A stretch of 62,468 bases of DNA from NCBI GenBank assembly GCA_022562155.1, contig JADFPV010000005.1, forward strand, positions 1-62,468, written 5' to 3'. The first letter of the stretch is position 1; each line of letters opens with the position of its first letter. The DNA comes from Chloroflexota bacterium. GTDB lineage: Bacteria; Chloroflexota; Dehalococcoidia; DSTF01; RBG-16-68-14. Positions 8,023 to 17,993 of this stretch are shown one piece after another. The notes beneath the pieces are model-generated. The model saw nothing but the letters and a program-made list of their open reading frames with translations. It had not been told where the DNA came from and ran no database searches. The position numbers and the translations under genes were made by a program.

Positions 8023-8967
8023 TTAGGCCTCTGCCAGGTAGCCGAAGACGCTCTCCAGCGATTCGTCAAGCGGCTCGACGCGCAAGAGCCGGATACTCTG
8101 TTCCTTCGCAATCTGAGGAATCGAGCGCTGCAACGCTTCTACGTTTCTGCTGAGGACGACAAGTGCGTCCTGATCGACGACGTTCACCGAGTCGACGGCT
8201 TCCAGGCTTATCAAGGCGGCAGCCATCGCTCTGGCGTTGCTCGACACGACGCGCACGTTATAGGGTTGTTCGTCCAGTTTCGCCCTGATGGCGTGGAAAT
8301 CGCCGGAAGCGGCCAGTTTGCCGGCAACCATGAGCAAGATGTTGTCGGCGAGCGTTTCGACCTCGTCCAGGACGTGCGACGAAATCAGGATCGTGCGGCC
8401 TTCGGCTGCTTGCTCGAGCATGAGCTGTTCGAACTCAAGCCGTTGTCGCGGGTCGGTGCCGCTCAGGGGCTCGTCCAGCACGAGTAGTTCTGGTTCGTTG
8501 ACGAGCGCCACCGCCAGCCGCATGCGCTGACGCATCCCTCGTGAGTACGTTCCCAGTGTGCGCCCGGCCACGTCTGAGAGGCCGACCCGTTCGATCGCAA
8601 GACCGACGGCAGCGTCTACGTCGCTCAGTTCGTGCATCTCGGCGGCGAGCGCTACGAACTCGCGCCCCGTGAGGACGTCGTACACGGCTTCCTGTTCCGT
8701 CATCACGCCGACACGGCGGTACAGGTCAGGACTGCTGCGTGGCGGTTGGCCTAAGATTCTGATCGAACCCTCGGAGGGCTTTGCCAGGCCGGTAATCATG
8801 CGCAACAGTGTCGTTTTGCCCGCCCCGTTACTGCCGACCAGCCCCGTGATGCCGGGTAGCACTTGGAAGGAGATGTCGTTGACAGCGACGACGTTGCCAA
8901 ACCACTTCGAGACGTTCTGCACGTCGATCGAAGGTTCGTGGGCCGTGGGCGTGTCGGCGTTTGTCAC
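8023..8967 (-). CDS. ABC transporter ATP-binding protein
   Basis: GSNGAGKTT, YSRGMRQR, LVLDEP; likely GTG start at 8967 overlapping the upstream stop. Confidence 0.93.
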   Translation of the reverse strand: MTNADTPTAHEPSIDVQNVSKWFGNVVAVNDISFQVLPGITGLVGSNGAGKTTLLRMITGLAKPSEGSIRILGQPPRSSPDLYRRVGVMTEQEAVYDVLTGREFVALAAEMHELSDVDAAVGLAIERVGLSDVAGRTLGTYSRGMRQRMRLAVALVNEPELLVLDEPLSGTDPRQRLEFEQLMLEQAAEGRTILISSHVLDEVETLADNILLMVAGKLAASGDFHAIRAKLDEQPYNVRVVSSNARAMAAALISLEAVDSVNVVDQDALVVLSRNVEALQRSIPQIAKEQSIRLLRVEPLDESLESVFGYLAEA

Positions 8968-9896
8968 AGCGCCATCCTCCGGTACTGCCACCAGAGCACA
9001 AGGCCCGGAACGACGGTCAGGATCAGGAGCCACGCGACCGGCACAGCGCTGCTGTGTTCGCGGACCAGTTCGGCAACGTCCGATTCGTTGTCGTCATCGA
9101 AGATGAGGTCGCTGACGTGCAGGGGAACCTCGGGAAGCGATACGAGCGCGAGCCACTTCGCGGCGTCACCAGTCACGGGCTCACATTCGCTCTGGACCGC
9201 CCCGAGCCGGCCGTGCCCGTGGTCTTCGCAAAAGGTGAGAGAGCCGGCTACAACGGGTGTGATGACGAACAGAGCGATGACGATCGCGGCGGCATACGTC
9301 CGCCGGATCGTGAACGTTGATACGGCTAACGGGATTGAGGTCGCGAAGGCGGCGATGGCGGCTCCCACGGCGAGGAGGCGCGGAATATCGAGCCACTGAT
9401 CACGGAGATAGTCAAGCGGCTCATCCGCCGCAAACGTTAGGCCGATAAAGAGGACCACCTGGCCGGCATACACAAGCGCGAGCATAACCGAGAAGAAGGC
9501 GAACCAGCGCCCAATGACGTAATCCGTGGTTGTCAAGGGGCGCACCAGGTAGAGGTCTATCACGCGGTCTCGCCGGTCAGGAATGAGCATCTCGGGCGCC
9601 GTTGTGGCTGAAAACAGCAAGATGACGATGTTGATGATCCAGTAGTAATCTGCGTGCGTTGGGACGTCTTGGAGGATGTCGGCGGTGGAAGCGATGAAGC
9701 TAAACAGGAAGGCAGGCACCATCACCGCGAAGAATAGGAGGCCGGGCAGGACTTTCGATTGCCACCCACGTCCTAATCCGATGGCGGTCCGTACGCCGTT
9801 GACGAACAGAGCCTGCCGCGCTCGCATGCGGCCTTCGCGGGGGCCATCGTAGTGCTGGTACCCCAGATCGAAGACTTCGCCGGTGGCTTCAGTCAT
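8964..9896 (-). CDS. ABC-2 type transporter permease
   Basis: DRRDRVIDLYLVRPLTTTDYVIGRW; multiple TMs. Confidence 0.88.
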   Translation of the reverse strand: MTEATGEVFDLGYQHYDGPREGRMRARQALFVNGVRTAIGLGRGWQSKVLPGLLFFAVMVPAFLFSFIASTADILQDVPTHADYYWIINIVILLFSATTAPEMLIPDRRDRVIDLYLVRPLTTTDYVIGRWFAFFSVMLALVYAGQVVLFIGLTFAADEPLDYLRDQWLDIPRLLAVGAAIAAFATSIPLAVSTFTIRRTYAAAIVIALFVITPVVAGSLTFCEDHGHGRLGAVQSECEPVTGDAAKWLALVSLPEVPLHVSDLIFDDDNESDVAELVREHSSAVPVAWLLILTVVPGLVLWWQYRRMAL

Positions 9897-10797
9897 CGTT
9901 CTGTTTCCTGAAGATGTCTGTCAGGCCTCCGCGCCGGGGCGCCAGGCGATGGAGGCGTACTTCCGTCTCGACGATCGCATCGCGAACGGCGTCATACAGC
10001 TCATCGTTAGCAAGCTCAACGAGAAGCGACTTCCCGTCTTTGCTCGTTTCGATACCGCGATTAGACAGGGCGGTGGCCAGCTTCTCTGCGTCGTCGACTT
10101 CGACAACCAGCGTCGAAGTCTCCCGAGTGAAGCCGGACACGGGGCCTTGCTCCACGACGTGGCCGCCCTCGAGCACGATGAGCCGGTCGCACGTGCGATG
10201 GACGTCGCCCATGAGGTGGGTCGACAGCAGGATGCTGATGCCGGCCTCGCGGCTCGTTCGCCGGATCAGTTCCAGCATCTCTTCTCGGCCCGCCGGATCG
10301 AGGCCGGCGGTGGCCTCGTCCATCAGCACGAGGACAGGATCGTGGACCAGCGCCTGCGCCAGCTTGACGCGCTGCTTCATGCCGGTGGAGTATTCGCTTA
10401 GCGGCCGGTAGCGCTCCTCATGCAGGCCGACGTGGCGGAGGACGTCCGCTGCCCGAATACGCGCGTAATGGGGCGGCAGACCGCTGACCTGGGCCAAATG
10501 GCCGAGGAACTCCGTGGCCGAGATTGCGGGCGGGAGGCAGTCGTGCTCGGGCATGTAACCAAGCCGCCCTCTTGCCTCGAGCGCGTCGTAGGTGGGCATT
10601 CCCAGAACGGTGACCGAGCCTTCCGTCGGCGCGATCAGCCCCAGGAAGAGCTTGATTGCCGTGCTCTTTCCAGCGCCGTTAGGGCCCACCAGGCCGGTAA
10701 CGCCTGCTGTGATCTGGAGATCGACCGATTCGAGGGCGATGATTGAGCCGTAACGCTTCGTCAGGCCCTTCGCTTCAAGGAGCACGGCACCTGCCAT
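9889..10797 (-). CDS. ABC transporter ATP-binding protein
   Basis: GPNGAGKST, YSTGMKQR, VLMDE. Confidence 0.93.
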   Translation of the reverse strand: MAGAVLLEAKGLTKRYGSIIALESVDLQITAGVTGLVGPNGAGKSTAIKLFLGLIAPTEGSVTVLGMPTYDALEARGRLGYMPEHDCLPPAISATEFLGHLAQVSGLPPHYARIRAADVLRHVGLHEERYRPLSEYSTGMKQRVKLAQALVHDPVLVLMDEATAGLDPAGREEMLELIRRTSREAGISILLSTHLMGDVHRTCDRLIVLEGGHVVEQGPVSGFTRETSTLVVEVDDAEKLATALSNRGIETSKDGKSLLVELANDELYDAVRDAIVETEVRLHRLAPRRGGLTDIFRKQNDD

Positions 10798-10870
10798 GCG
10801 GCGAGTATAGCGAGGCTCATGGGTGGGTCAAGAATTAGCTGCCCGTCGAACCGAGCCGCTTGATAGGCCG

Positions 10871-11584
10871 TTATTCGGCGCGCGTCAACGTCATTGAGAG
10901 TCGGTATTCGAAGAGGTCAACGTCCAACAGGCCGGCGGTCGCCGTCCGCAGCTCGGGACTAATCGTTCTGGCCACGATTATAATCCGCACACGCTCTGCG
11001 GAGAAGATCTGCGCAATCCGACCTTGGTAGTAGAGGGCCTGGCCGATCGTGCGCTCGTGACCCTTACTTACCTTCAGCTCGATCACCACTGGCGTCCCGT
11101 CTCGGTCTTTAGCGAGGATATCGATTCGACGTCCCCGGTCGTCTACAGGAAACTCAACCGCCGGATGATCAGGCGCTGCCCATGGTTCCAGTCCATCTTC
11201 TATTAGCCGGAGGTTGCTTGCCAGGTAGTCGCGCAAGTCGGTTTCGTAGGCGAACCTCGTTTCATCCAGATCCTCTTCCTCGATCTCTTCTTCCTCTGGC
11301 GAACCGGAGAGGAACCGTTGATAAATGCTGAGATATCTCTGGATGAGACGCCTACCTGGATCCGTTGCCCCATTGGGCCATTTGTCAGAGACGAATTCAT
11401 CGATTAGGTTCTTGTTCGCCAGCAGGTCCGTCACTTTTCCGCGCTTGAGCGTGGACGTATACGAACCGAGCTGGTCAGTGCTCGTCCTGATCGCGGTAGC
11501 CTCCTCCGCGAGCCCGTGAGCTTCCAGGAAGCTCCACGCACTACGCAAAGGTAAGGCTTCAGGATTGTCCGGTAGAGCTGGCAC
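10871..11584 (-). CDS. NucS-like C-terminal PD-(D/E)xK nuclease domain protein
   Basis: FAYETDLRDYL...RIDILAKD...VVIELK...IGQALYY; unrelated N-terminal domain and acidic linker. Confidence 0.8.
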   Translation of the reverse strand: MPALPDNPEALPLRSAWSFLEAHGLAEEATAIRTSTDQLGSYTSTLKRGKVTDLLANKNLIDEFVSDKWPNGATDPGRRLIQRYLSIYQRFLSGSPEEEEIEEEDLDETRFAYETDLRDYLASNLRLIEDGLEPWAAPDHPAVEFPVDDRGRRIDILAKDRDGTPVVIELKVSKGHERTIGQALYYQGRIAQIFSAERVRIIIVARTISPELRTATAGLLDVDLFEYRLSMTLTRAE

Positions 11585-11621
11585 TTCTCCGGTATTCTAC
11601 TGCACCACCGGCCCACTGTGG

Positions 11622-12119
11622 TTAGGCGTTAGCCCTCGCCAGCGCCTCGTAGAACGCGTCGCTGAAGGCTTGGTGGAACGCCCCAGGCTGGCCGTCCGAG
11701 CACTGGCAGGGCCCGCTCTCGCCTGTGGAGCCTGAGGCGGCAGCGTAGGCTGCCTCGACGCGGTCCTGCTGTTCGTACGCTGGGATCTCAAGGGGATGCC
11801 TTCGTCCTTTTGTCCATCCGCTCAGGACCTTCTGAATGAAGTACCGGACGTAGAACGGTCGAATAAACCAAACGCCGGGCCCGCCCGCGCCCTGCTTGAT
11901 GTGAAACAGCTCGTGGGCGATCAGGGCGACGCCCTGGGCGCTGCACGGGTCGAACTTCTCGTCCGCGAAGTAGATGCGCCTGCCGACGGTGATCGCATGA
12001 GGGTTGCCCGTGGCGTAGAAGGGCAGTCCTTCATGGAAGGACACGGTCCCCATATCGACGTCCGGGTACATGCGCGAGTAGAATCGCTTGAGGCACTCAT
12101 GGAAGCCGAGCCTGGGCAT
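11622..12119 (-). CDS. DUF4157 (HExxH) domain protein
   Basis: AITVGRRIYF...LIAHELFHIKQ...HPLEIPAY. Confidence 0.8.
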   Translation of the reverse strand: MPRLGFHECLKRFYSRMYPDVDMGTVSFHEGLPFYATGNPHAITVGRRIYFADEKFDPCSAQGVALIAHELFHIKQGAGGPGVWFIRPFYVRYFIQKVLSGWTKGRRHPLEIPAYEQQDRVEAAYAAASGSTGESGPCQCSDGQPGAFHQAFSDAFYEALARANA

Positions 12120-12219
12120 CGTAACCTCCGTCAGGCTTCACCGCCTTGTTGACGGCGCAATGATACCAGAAGGCCGCGTATTGCTGCGCTGAGAAGGCCG
12201 GTGATAGCCTGAACACGAT

Positions 12220-13425
12220 ATGAGGCGGGAGTTGTGGGACCGAGGCTGCCTACTGGCGTCGCTCACGGTTGCGGCCTGCCTGCTGGGTGCCTGGTCGATA
12301 TCACTAGCCATTTCGATACCCGATGAGGACGACTTCAATGTGGTCTATTGGGAGATCAGGCATATACCGGGCAAGTGGCTGTACTTGACCGGTGAGTTCA
12401 TCAACGGGGAACTGTCCGAAGCGCAGGAGGACGAGCGGCTAGGACAGTTCTTGCTTGTTGCACAGCGCATCGAAGAACTAGAGCGCTCCTTTTCCGCCGG
12501 GGATGCCGACGAGTTGCAACGCTTGGTCCAGCAGCGGGATGAGCTAGAGAATGATGTCGAGGCGATCATCGAAGGGCGTCTCACGGCGCTCCTGGCGGGA
12601 ACGGGCCTGGAGTCGTCGCTGCCGCTGTTCCCAAATGCGCGGTGGGTGTTTCCACCTGTGGATGTCGAGTTCGACGAGGCGCCGCGGTCGCTGACGATCT
12701 CGCCGCGCGACAGGATCGAGCTAGTTGATCGCAGGCCGCTACGGCCCGGGCTGTCGCTCGATGAGGCGGTGGAGCGTGAGGCGGAGACGGAGAGGGCTGG
12801 TGACGTTTCGGCGCTTGTTGGGTCCTTGTCCGGCGCGGCGACCTACCCCAGCATCGTCGCTCCTAGAGGCGACTACCGATCGCTCGTCTCAACGATCGCG
12901 CACGAGTGGGTGCACCATTATTTGTTCTTCAAACCGCTGGGTGGGCACTATTACGACAGCATTGCGCTGCGCACCCTAAACGAGACTGTGGCCGATATCG
13001 CTGGTGATGCGCTCGCCGCGATGTTCGTTGACAGGCATCCCTTGCCGGCGCAGATTACATCGCTGTTTCCACCGCCGCGAGAGGCGCCGGACGTGGACGT
13101 CGACGCGTTCCTCCGAGAGTTGCGCCTTGATGTTGAATCGCTGCTGACGGCGGGTCAGATTGAAGTCGCTGAGGCGCTGATGGAGGAGCGGAGGCTCGAG
13201 CTCGTCGGTCAGGGTGTGGTGTTCCGCCGCATCAATCAGGCCTTTTTCGCCGCGAGGGGCATCTATGCGACAACGCCAGGCTCGGTCGACCCAACTGGCC
13301 CGAAGCTGCGCGCGCTTTTCCAACAATCGGACGATGTGGGTGAGTTCCTACGTGCCGCCGCCAGATTTACGGCGACGGCGGACTTGGACGCGGCCATCGC
13401 GGACGGCGATGCCAGATTGGAGTAA
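12220..13425 (+). CDS. Membrane-anchored putative zinc metallopeptidase (gluzincin-like)
   Basis: N-terminal TM; IAHEWVH followed by LNETVA. Confidence 0.7.
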   Translation: MRRELWDRGCLLASLTVAACLLGAWSISLAISIPDEDDFNVVYWEIRHIPGKWLYLTGEFINGELSEAQEDERLGQFLLVAQRIEELERSFSAGDADELQRLVQQRDELENDVEAIIEGRLTALLAGTGLESSLPLFPNARWVFPPVDVEFDEAPRSLTISPRDRIELVDRRPLRPGLSLDEAVEREAETERAGDVSALVGSLSGAATYPSIVAPRGDYRSLVSTIAHEWVHHYLFFKPLGGHYYDSIALRTLNETVADIAGDALAAMFVDRHPLPAQITSLFPPPREAPDVDVDAFLRELRLDVESLLTAGQIEVAEALMEERRLELVGQGVVFRRINQAFFAARGIYATTPGSVDPTGPKLRALFQQSDDVGEFLRAAARFTATADLDAAIADGDARLE

Positions 13426-13453
13426 GCGGCTCGCGGGAGTAAGATAGGTAGCG

Positions 13454-14080
13454 ATGAGCGACGAGCCGAGCCACAGCGATGCCCGGCCGGTTCGCACAGT
13501 GAAGCCGGGCGACCGGGTTCTTCGCGTGCGCACGCGGCGGGCACGACTGCCAATGATCGAGCGCGGCGTTTCCACGCCCGTAGCCGAGGGCCTTCAATTC
13601 CTGATCGACATTGGCACGCAGACGCCCGTATTGTGGTTCATCGGTGTGCTTGGCGTGCTAGTGGTCCTGGTGCCGATCCCGGTGTGGTTGTTCGAACGGA
13701 CGGGCGACAACGCGGACGTCACCAGCTACTGGGTCGGGCTTTGGTGGGCCGTCTCAGCGTTTACTACAGTCGGCCATAGCGGCGTCAGCGTGGACACAGT
13801 GGGTGGTCGGGTTGTCGGATCAATCTACACTGCGGTCGGCGTAGGGCTGTTCTTTGGTAGCGTGATCGCGGCCTTCAGCTCGTACTTCATCCTCACCTGG
13901 CGTAAGCCGAAGCGGCAGCTCGTCGACACCATTAACTACTATCTCCAGCGGATCGATGAACTCTCGCCGGAAGAGATCGAAGACCTGGAGGACATGACGA
14001 GAGGCCTACTCCTGACCGCGAAGGAGCGTGCTGAAGAAGAAGGCCGGGAAGGCCTGGAATCCGAGGAAACGTCTAGCTAG
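13454..14080 (+). CDS. 2-TM potassium-channel-family protein
   Basis: TM - LWWAVSAFTTVGHSG - TM (GRVVG); KcsA-like layout with a non-canonical filter. Confidence 0.75.
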   Translation: MSDEPSHSDARPVRTVKPGDRVLRVRTRRARLPMIERGVSTPVAEGLQFLIDIGTQTPVLWFIGVLGVLVVLVPIPVWLFERTGDNADVTSYWVGLWWAVSAFTTVGHSGVSVDTVGGRVVGSIYTAVGVGLFFGSVIAAFSSYFILTWRKPKRQLVDTINYYLQRIDELSPEEIEDLEDMTRGLLLTAKERAEEEGREGLESEETSS

Positions 14081-16809
14081 CCGTCGTCGTCCGCTGGCTC
14101 CTTCGGGTCGGGTTTGGGGCTGTTGTCAGGTTCGGGTTCGACAACGCCGACAAGCAGCACCTGCACCCGCTGCTCGCTTTCGCCTGCAGCCTCGTCACTG
14201 ATGACCAGCCGGAGCGTATAGAGGCCTAGCGAAAAGCCGTCCGTGTTCCAGATGCCCAGCACGCCCTCCGGTACAGAGTTCTGGACTTCGATGATCGGCT
14301 GCCAGTCGCCCGCCAGCGTGTCGTAGCGATACTCCAGCCGGTACGAGATGAAGCTTTCTGAGAAGGCGCGTCCCTCGATAACCACGTCCCCGGAAACTTG
14401 TTCGGCCCTGATCGGCGACGTGATTGCCATCGGCAGGTCGCGGACGTCCGTCGTCTCTGTCGGGACCTCGTCTGAGCTGGCATCCCCTAGCTCCTCCGCC
14501 CACTCCAAGGCCTGGTTGGTTTCCCAAGAGCCCAGCCCTTCGGGGAGCTGGAGGTAGAGCCGCTCCTCGATGAATTCGGCAGGTGTGAACTCGCTGGCCA
14601 GCTTGTTCGTTCGGCTATCGATCTGGGCTACCACCCACCAGTCGTCGTCCGCGTCGGAAAGCCGTTCTGCGACGAACAGGTCTGGTGGGTTCTTTATCGG
14701 GCAGGTCTCTGTGGCAACGATGCCCGAGGGGGCGCAGAGTTCCGCTTCAACCAGACCAGGTGGTCGGCGGAACTGTTCGACGGGTAGGCCTTCGTGGTAC
14801 GTGGTTATGATGTCGCGCACAGTGCGCCAGGAGACGCTGGTGCTGCTGATGTCTGTCATTGGGCTGTTATCGGCGTTGCCGAACCACGTCCCGACGACCA
14901 GCTGTGGCGTGTAGGCGAACGCCCACGTATCGCCGATAGCGAAGCTGTCTGAGTAGGGCTCGCTCGTACCGGTCTTAATGCCGGCCGGCCGGCCGGGGAT
15001 GCTGAGCGCGCCGCAGCCACCGAACGTGATCGTTTGCGCGCAGCCGTCTGAGAGGATGCTGTTGATCAGGTACGTCGCGGCTTCCGGCGCGACCCGTTGC
15101 TCCTGAAGATACGGGCCGTCGGCGGATGGCTCGCCGGCGATCAGCGGGTAGATGACCTCGCCATCGCGATTCTCAACGCGAATGATAGAGACCGGCTCGA
15201 TGTTGCGTTCGCCTGCCGGCCGCACGATCGTACTCTCGACACCCTTAAGGATGCCGAGGTTCGGGAACGCCGTGTACCCGTACACCATGTCGATCAGCCT
15301 GACGTCGACGCCGCCGATCGTCATCGATGGCCCCAGGCGGCTTGGCTCCAGGCCGGTGATGCCCATCTTGGTCGCCTGGTTGATCGTGTTAACGACGCCA
15401 GCGTACATGATCGCCTTGACGGCCGGGATGTTCAACGAGTTGCCGAGTGCGTTGCGTACCGTAATCGGGCCTTGGAAGCCTGTGCCGGGGTTTCGGGGGG
15501 GGCGTTCGCCGTCCCAGTACTCTCCTGGGAACGGCGTGTCGAGGATCAGCGTGCCGGCTCCCCAGCCGAGCTCGAGGAACGCGGTGAGGTACGTGAACGG
15601 CTTGAACGACGAACCGGGCGAGTTCAACGCCGCGGCCATGTTGTTACGGCCGTCGATGTCATCGCGAAAGTAGTCGCGGCTGCCGACGTAGGCCATGATC
15701 TCGGCCGTATTAGGGTCGATCGCCACAACAGCGCCGTTGTGGCCGCCGGAGTACTCAAACGTGGTGATCCATTCCTCCAGGTGGGCTTCCGCCTGCTTCT
15801 GGAACTCGAGGTCGATCGACGTGTAGACGATGAGCCCGTCGCGCCGTACTGCTTCCTCGCCGAAGAGGCGCTCCAGCTCTGGCCGGACGACGTTAAAGAC
15901 AAAGTGGGGCGCTTCTACAGGAAACGGCTGCAGCTCGACGCTGAGCGGCTCGGCCTGCGCCTCGATCATCAGGTCACGCGTGATGTAGGCCTCTTCGTAC
16001 ATTCGCCGCAGCACGACGTTCCGTTGCTCGAGTGCCGCCTCAGGTTCGTTGATGGGGTCGTAGCAGCTTGGACAGGAGGGGATAGCTGCCAGCATTGCGG
16101 CCTGCGGGAGTGTCAGGTCCTCCGCCGTCGTATTGAAGTAGCCGTTGGCGGCGGCCTCCGCGCCGATGAAGACGTTGCCGTAGGAGATGAGGTTGAGATA
16201 CCACTCGAGGATTTGCTCCTTGCTGTAATCTCTCGTTAGCTCTACAGCGATGGCTGTCTCTCTCAGTTTGCGGTCAATGCTGCGTTCGGTTCGCTCCTCT
16301 GGCGTGAAGTAGATGTTCTTGACTAGCTGCTGCGTGATCGAGCTGCCGCCCCGGCCTTCCAGGAAGCCCGACGAGTCGCCGAATGGAGAGAAGTTGTCCA
16401 ACGCCGCGGCCACTAGGCCGCTGAAATTGACACCGGGGTTGTCCATGAAACTGGCGTCCTCGGCCGCGATTGTCGCGCCGATGAGGTTGAGCGATATCTC
16501 ATTATGGGGGACGTATTTGCGCAGGCCGGTGACATCGTCGAAGAATTCGTACAGGAAGTTGCCGTTGCGGTCGCGGATTTCGGCGCCGCCTAGCGGCAGC
16601 TTTGCGATCTCTTCGGCGGGGGTAACCAGATCGTTCGTGTAGCTCCGATAGACGCCGTAGCCGACGCCGGCTACTACTCCCACCGAGATCGCAAACAGCC
16701 CGCCGAGGACGATCAGGCCTAGCAACCAGCGAGGCATCCCGTGGCCGTTTCCGCTGCGACGCCGTCTCCGGTATGCGGCGTAACGATAATACGCGCCGCC
16801 GTTAGCCAT
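14077..16809 (-). CDS. Class A penicillin-binding protein (transglycosylase/transpeptidase)
   Basis: AAEDASF, GGSSITQQLVKN, RKLRE; SSFK, SLN and KTGT motifs. Confidence 0.95.
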   Translation of the reverse strand: MANGGAYYRYAAYRRRRRSGNGHGMPRWLLGLIVLGGLFAISVGVVAGVGYGVYRSYTNDLVTPAEEIAKLPLGGAEIRDRNGNFLYEFFDDVTGLRKYVPHNEISLNLIGATIAAEDASFMDNPGVNFSGLVAAALDNFSPFGDSSGFLEGRGGSSITQQLVKNIYFTPEERTERSIDRKLRETAIAVELTRDYSKEQILEWYLNLISYGNVFIGAEAAANGYFNTTAEDLTLPQAAMLAAIPSCPSCYDPINEPEAALEQRNVVLRRMYEEAYITRDLMIEAQAEPLSVELQPFPVEAPHFVFNVVRPELERLFGEEAVRRDGLIVYTSIDLEFQKQAEAHLEEWITTFEYSGGHNGAVVAIDPNTAEIMAYVGSRDYFRDDIDGRNNMAAALNSPGSSFKPFTYLTAFLELGWGAGTLILDTPFPGEYWDGERPPRNPGTGFQGPITVRNALGNSLNIPAVKAIMYAGVVNTINQATKMGITGLEPSRLGPSMTIGGVDVRLIDMVYGYTAFPNLGILKGVESTIVRPAGERNIEPVSIIRVENRDGEVIYPLIAGEPSADGPYLQEQRVAPEAATYLINSILSDGCAQTITFGGCGALSIPGRPAGIKTGTSEPYSDSFAIGDTWAFAYTPQLVVGTWFGNADNSPMTDISSTSVSWRTVRDIITTYHEGLPVEQFRRPPGLVEAELCAPSGIVATETCPIKNPPDLFVAERLSDADDDWWVVAQIDSRTNKLASEFTPAEFIEERLYLQLPEGLGSWETNQALEWAEELGDASSDEVPTETTDVRDLPMAITSPIRAEQVSGDVVIEGRAFSESFISYRLEYRYDTLAGDWQPIIEVQNSVPEGVLGIWNTDGFSLGLYTLRLVISDEAAGESEQRVQVLLVGVVEPEPDNSPKPDPKEPADDDG

Positions 16810-17548
16810 TCGACTGTCCCCGCGTTCTTAACACGATGAAATGCGACAGCCCGAAGGCGCGCATGAAGCTGTTCTCCAGCCGGTAGAAGACCGCGCGTAG
16901 CAGGCCGCCGACCGCCTTGCTGCGGGCGGCAATGTTGTCGAAACCCGGATAGACCTGCGTATGGACGATGAGGTCGGCATCGAGATCCCTAAAGATGCGA
17001 CGGAGACCGCCCGATGTGTAGGCTCGCGCATGAGGGACGAGCCTTCTACGCAGAACATTGGGTAGGTAATTTACGAGCGGGATGTTGCCGAACACGTAGC
17101 GCTTTCCCAGGTAGACGCCGTGCGTCTCGAACGGGTAGAGCCGGTTCGGCGCGTAGATGACTACGTGGCCGCCCGGCCGCAAGACGCGACAGGCCTCCTG
17201 TAGCGTCGCAGCGTCATCTTGGACATGCTCGATGACCTCGTTGAGCAGGACAACGTCGAAGCTGCCGTCCGCAAATGGTAGGCGCTCACTGACCGCAACC
17301 GAGAGACCTTTCGCTTTGCCGTTCTGGACACGCGTGGCATCGATGTCGACGCCATAGACCTCGCCAGAAACCTCGCTCAGTTTCTCAACGTACGTGCCGA
17401 TTCCACAGCCAATGTCGAGCACACGGGCCCCTTCTAGATCGACGTAACGGCGGATGAGGTTCAATCGACGATCCTGTCCCGTCCGCCAGACAAAGCTCGG
17501 GTTCCCTAGCGCGACCTGCTCTGCTGTAGTTGACGGAGCTTCTGGCAT
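16802..17548 (-). CDS. Class I SAM-dependent methyltransferase
   Basis: VLDIGCGIG, LPFADGSFDVV, RVLRPGG; likely start at MPEAP (17548). Confidence 0.9.
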   Translation of the reverse strand: MPEAPSTTAEQVALGNPSFVWRTGQDRRLNLIRRYVDLEGARVLDIGCGIGTYVEKLSEVSGEVYGVDIDATRVQNGKAKGLSVAVSERLPFADGSFDVVLLNEVIEHVQDDAATLQEACRVLRPGGHVVIYAPNRLYPFETHGVYLGKRYVFGNIPLVNYLPNVLRRRLVPHARAYTSGGLRRIFRDLDADLIVHTQVYPGFDNIAARSKAVGGLLRAVFYRLENSFMRAFGLSHFIVLRTRGQSNG

Positions 17549-17696
17549 TAGGCTATTCGCAGCTCCCACTGCTCTCAGAGTAGCAATGCTGTTATGGTGG
17601 TACAAACCTACGCCGAAGCTAGCCAACCATTCTTAAGAGGATTGTCATATTCAGCCTTAACGTTCGCAGATCGGTATCTGTCGTAAGGAACCCAGC

Positions 17697-17987
17697 TTGA
17701 GTCTGACGAAGGAAGAAGTAGCGCACCTTGGGCAACTGGTTAGACTCGGCTTGACCGAGGAAGAGGTGGCCAGGTTCCAGGAGCAGCTGTCTGAGATACT
17801 GGGCCACTTTGACGCGCTCCAGGAGCTGGACACCGAGAACGTCCCGCCGACGCCATACCCGCTGCCGCTGAACAACGTCATGCGCAAGGACGTAGTCAAG
17901 GACTCTCTTTCCCAGGATGACGTGCTCGCGAACGCGCCCCTGCAAGAAGACGGGGCCTTCCGCGTCCGCGCGGTGCTGGACGAGTAG
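17697..17987 (+). CDS. gatC: Asp/Glu-tRNA amidotransferase subunit C
   Basis: SLTKEEVAHL...NVMRKD...LANAP...FRVRAVL; directly upstream of gatA. Confidence 0.95.
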   Translation: MSLTKEEVAHLGQLVRLGLTEEEVARFQEQLSEILGHFDALQELDTENVPPTPYPLPLNNVMRKDVVKDSLSQDDVLANAPLQEDGAFRVRAVLDE

Positions 17988-17993
17988 ACAAGC

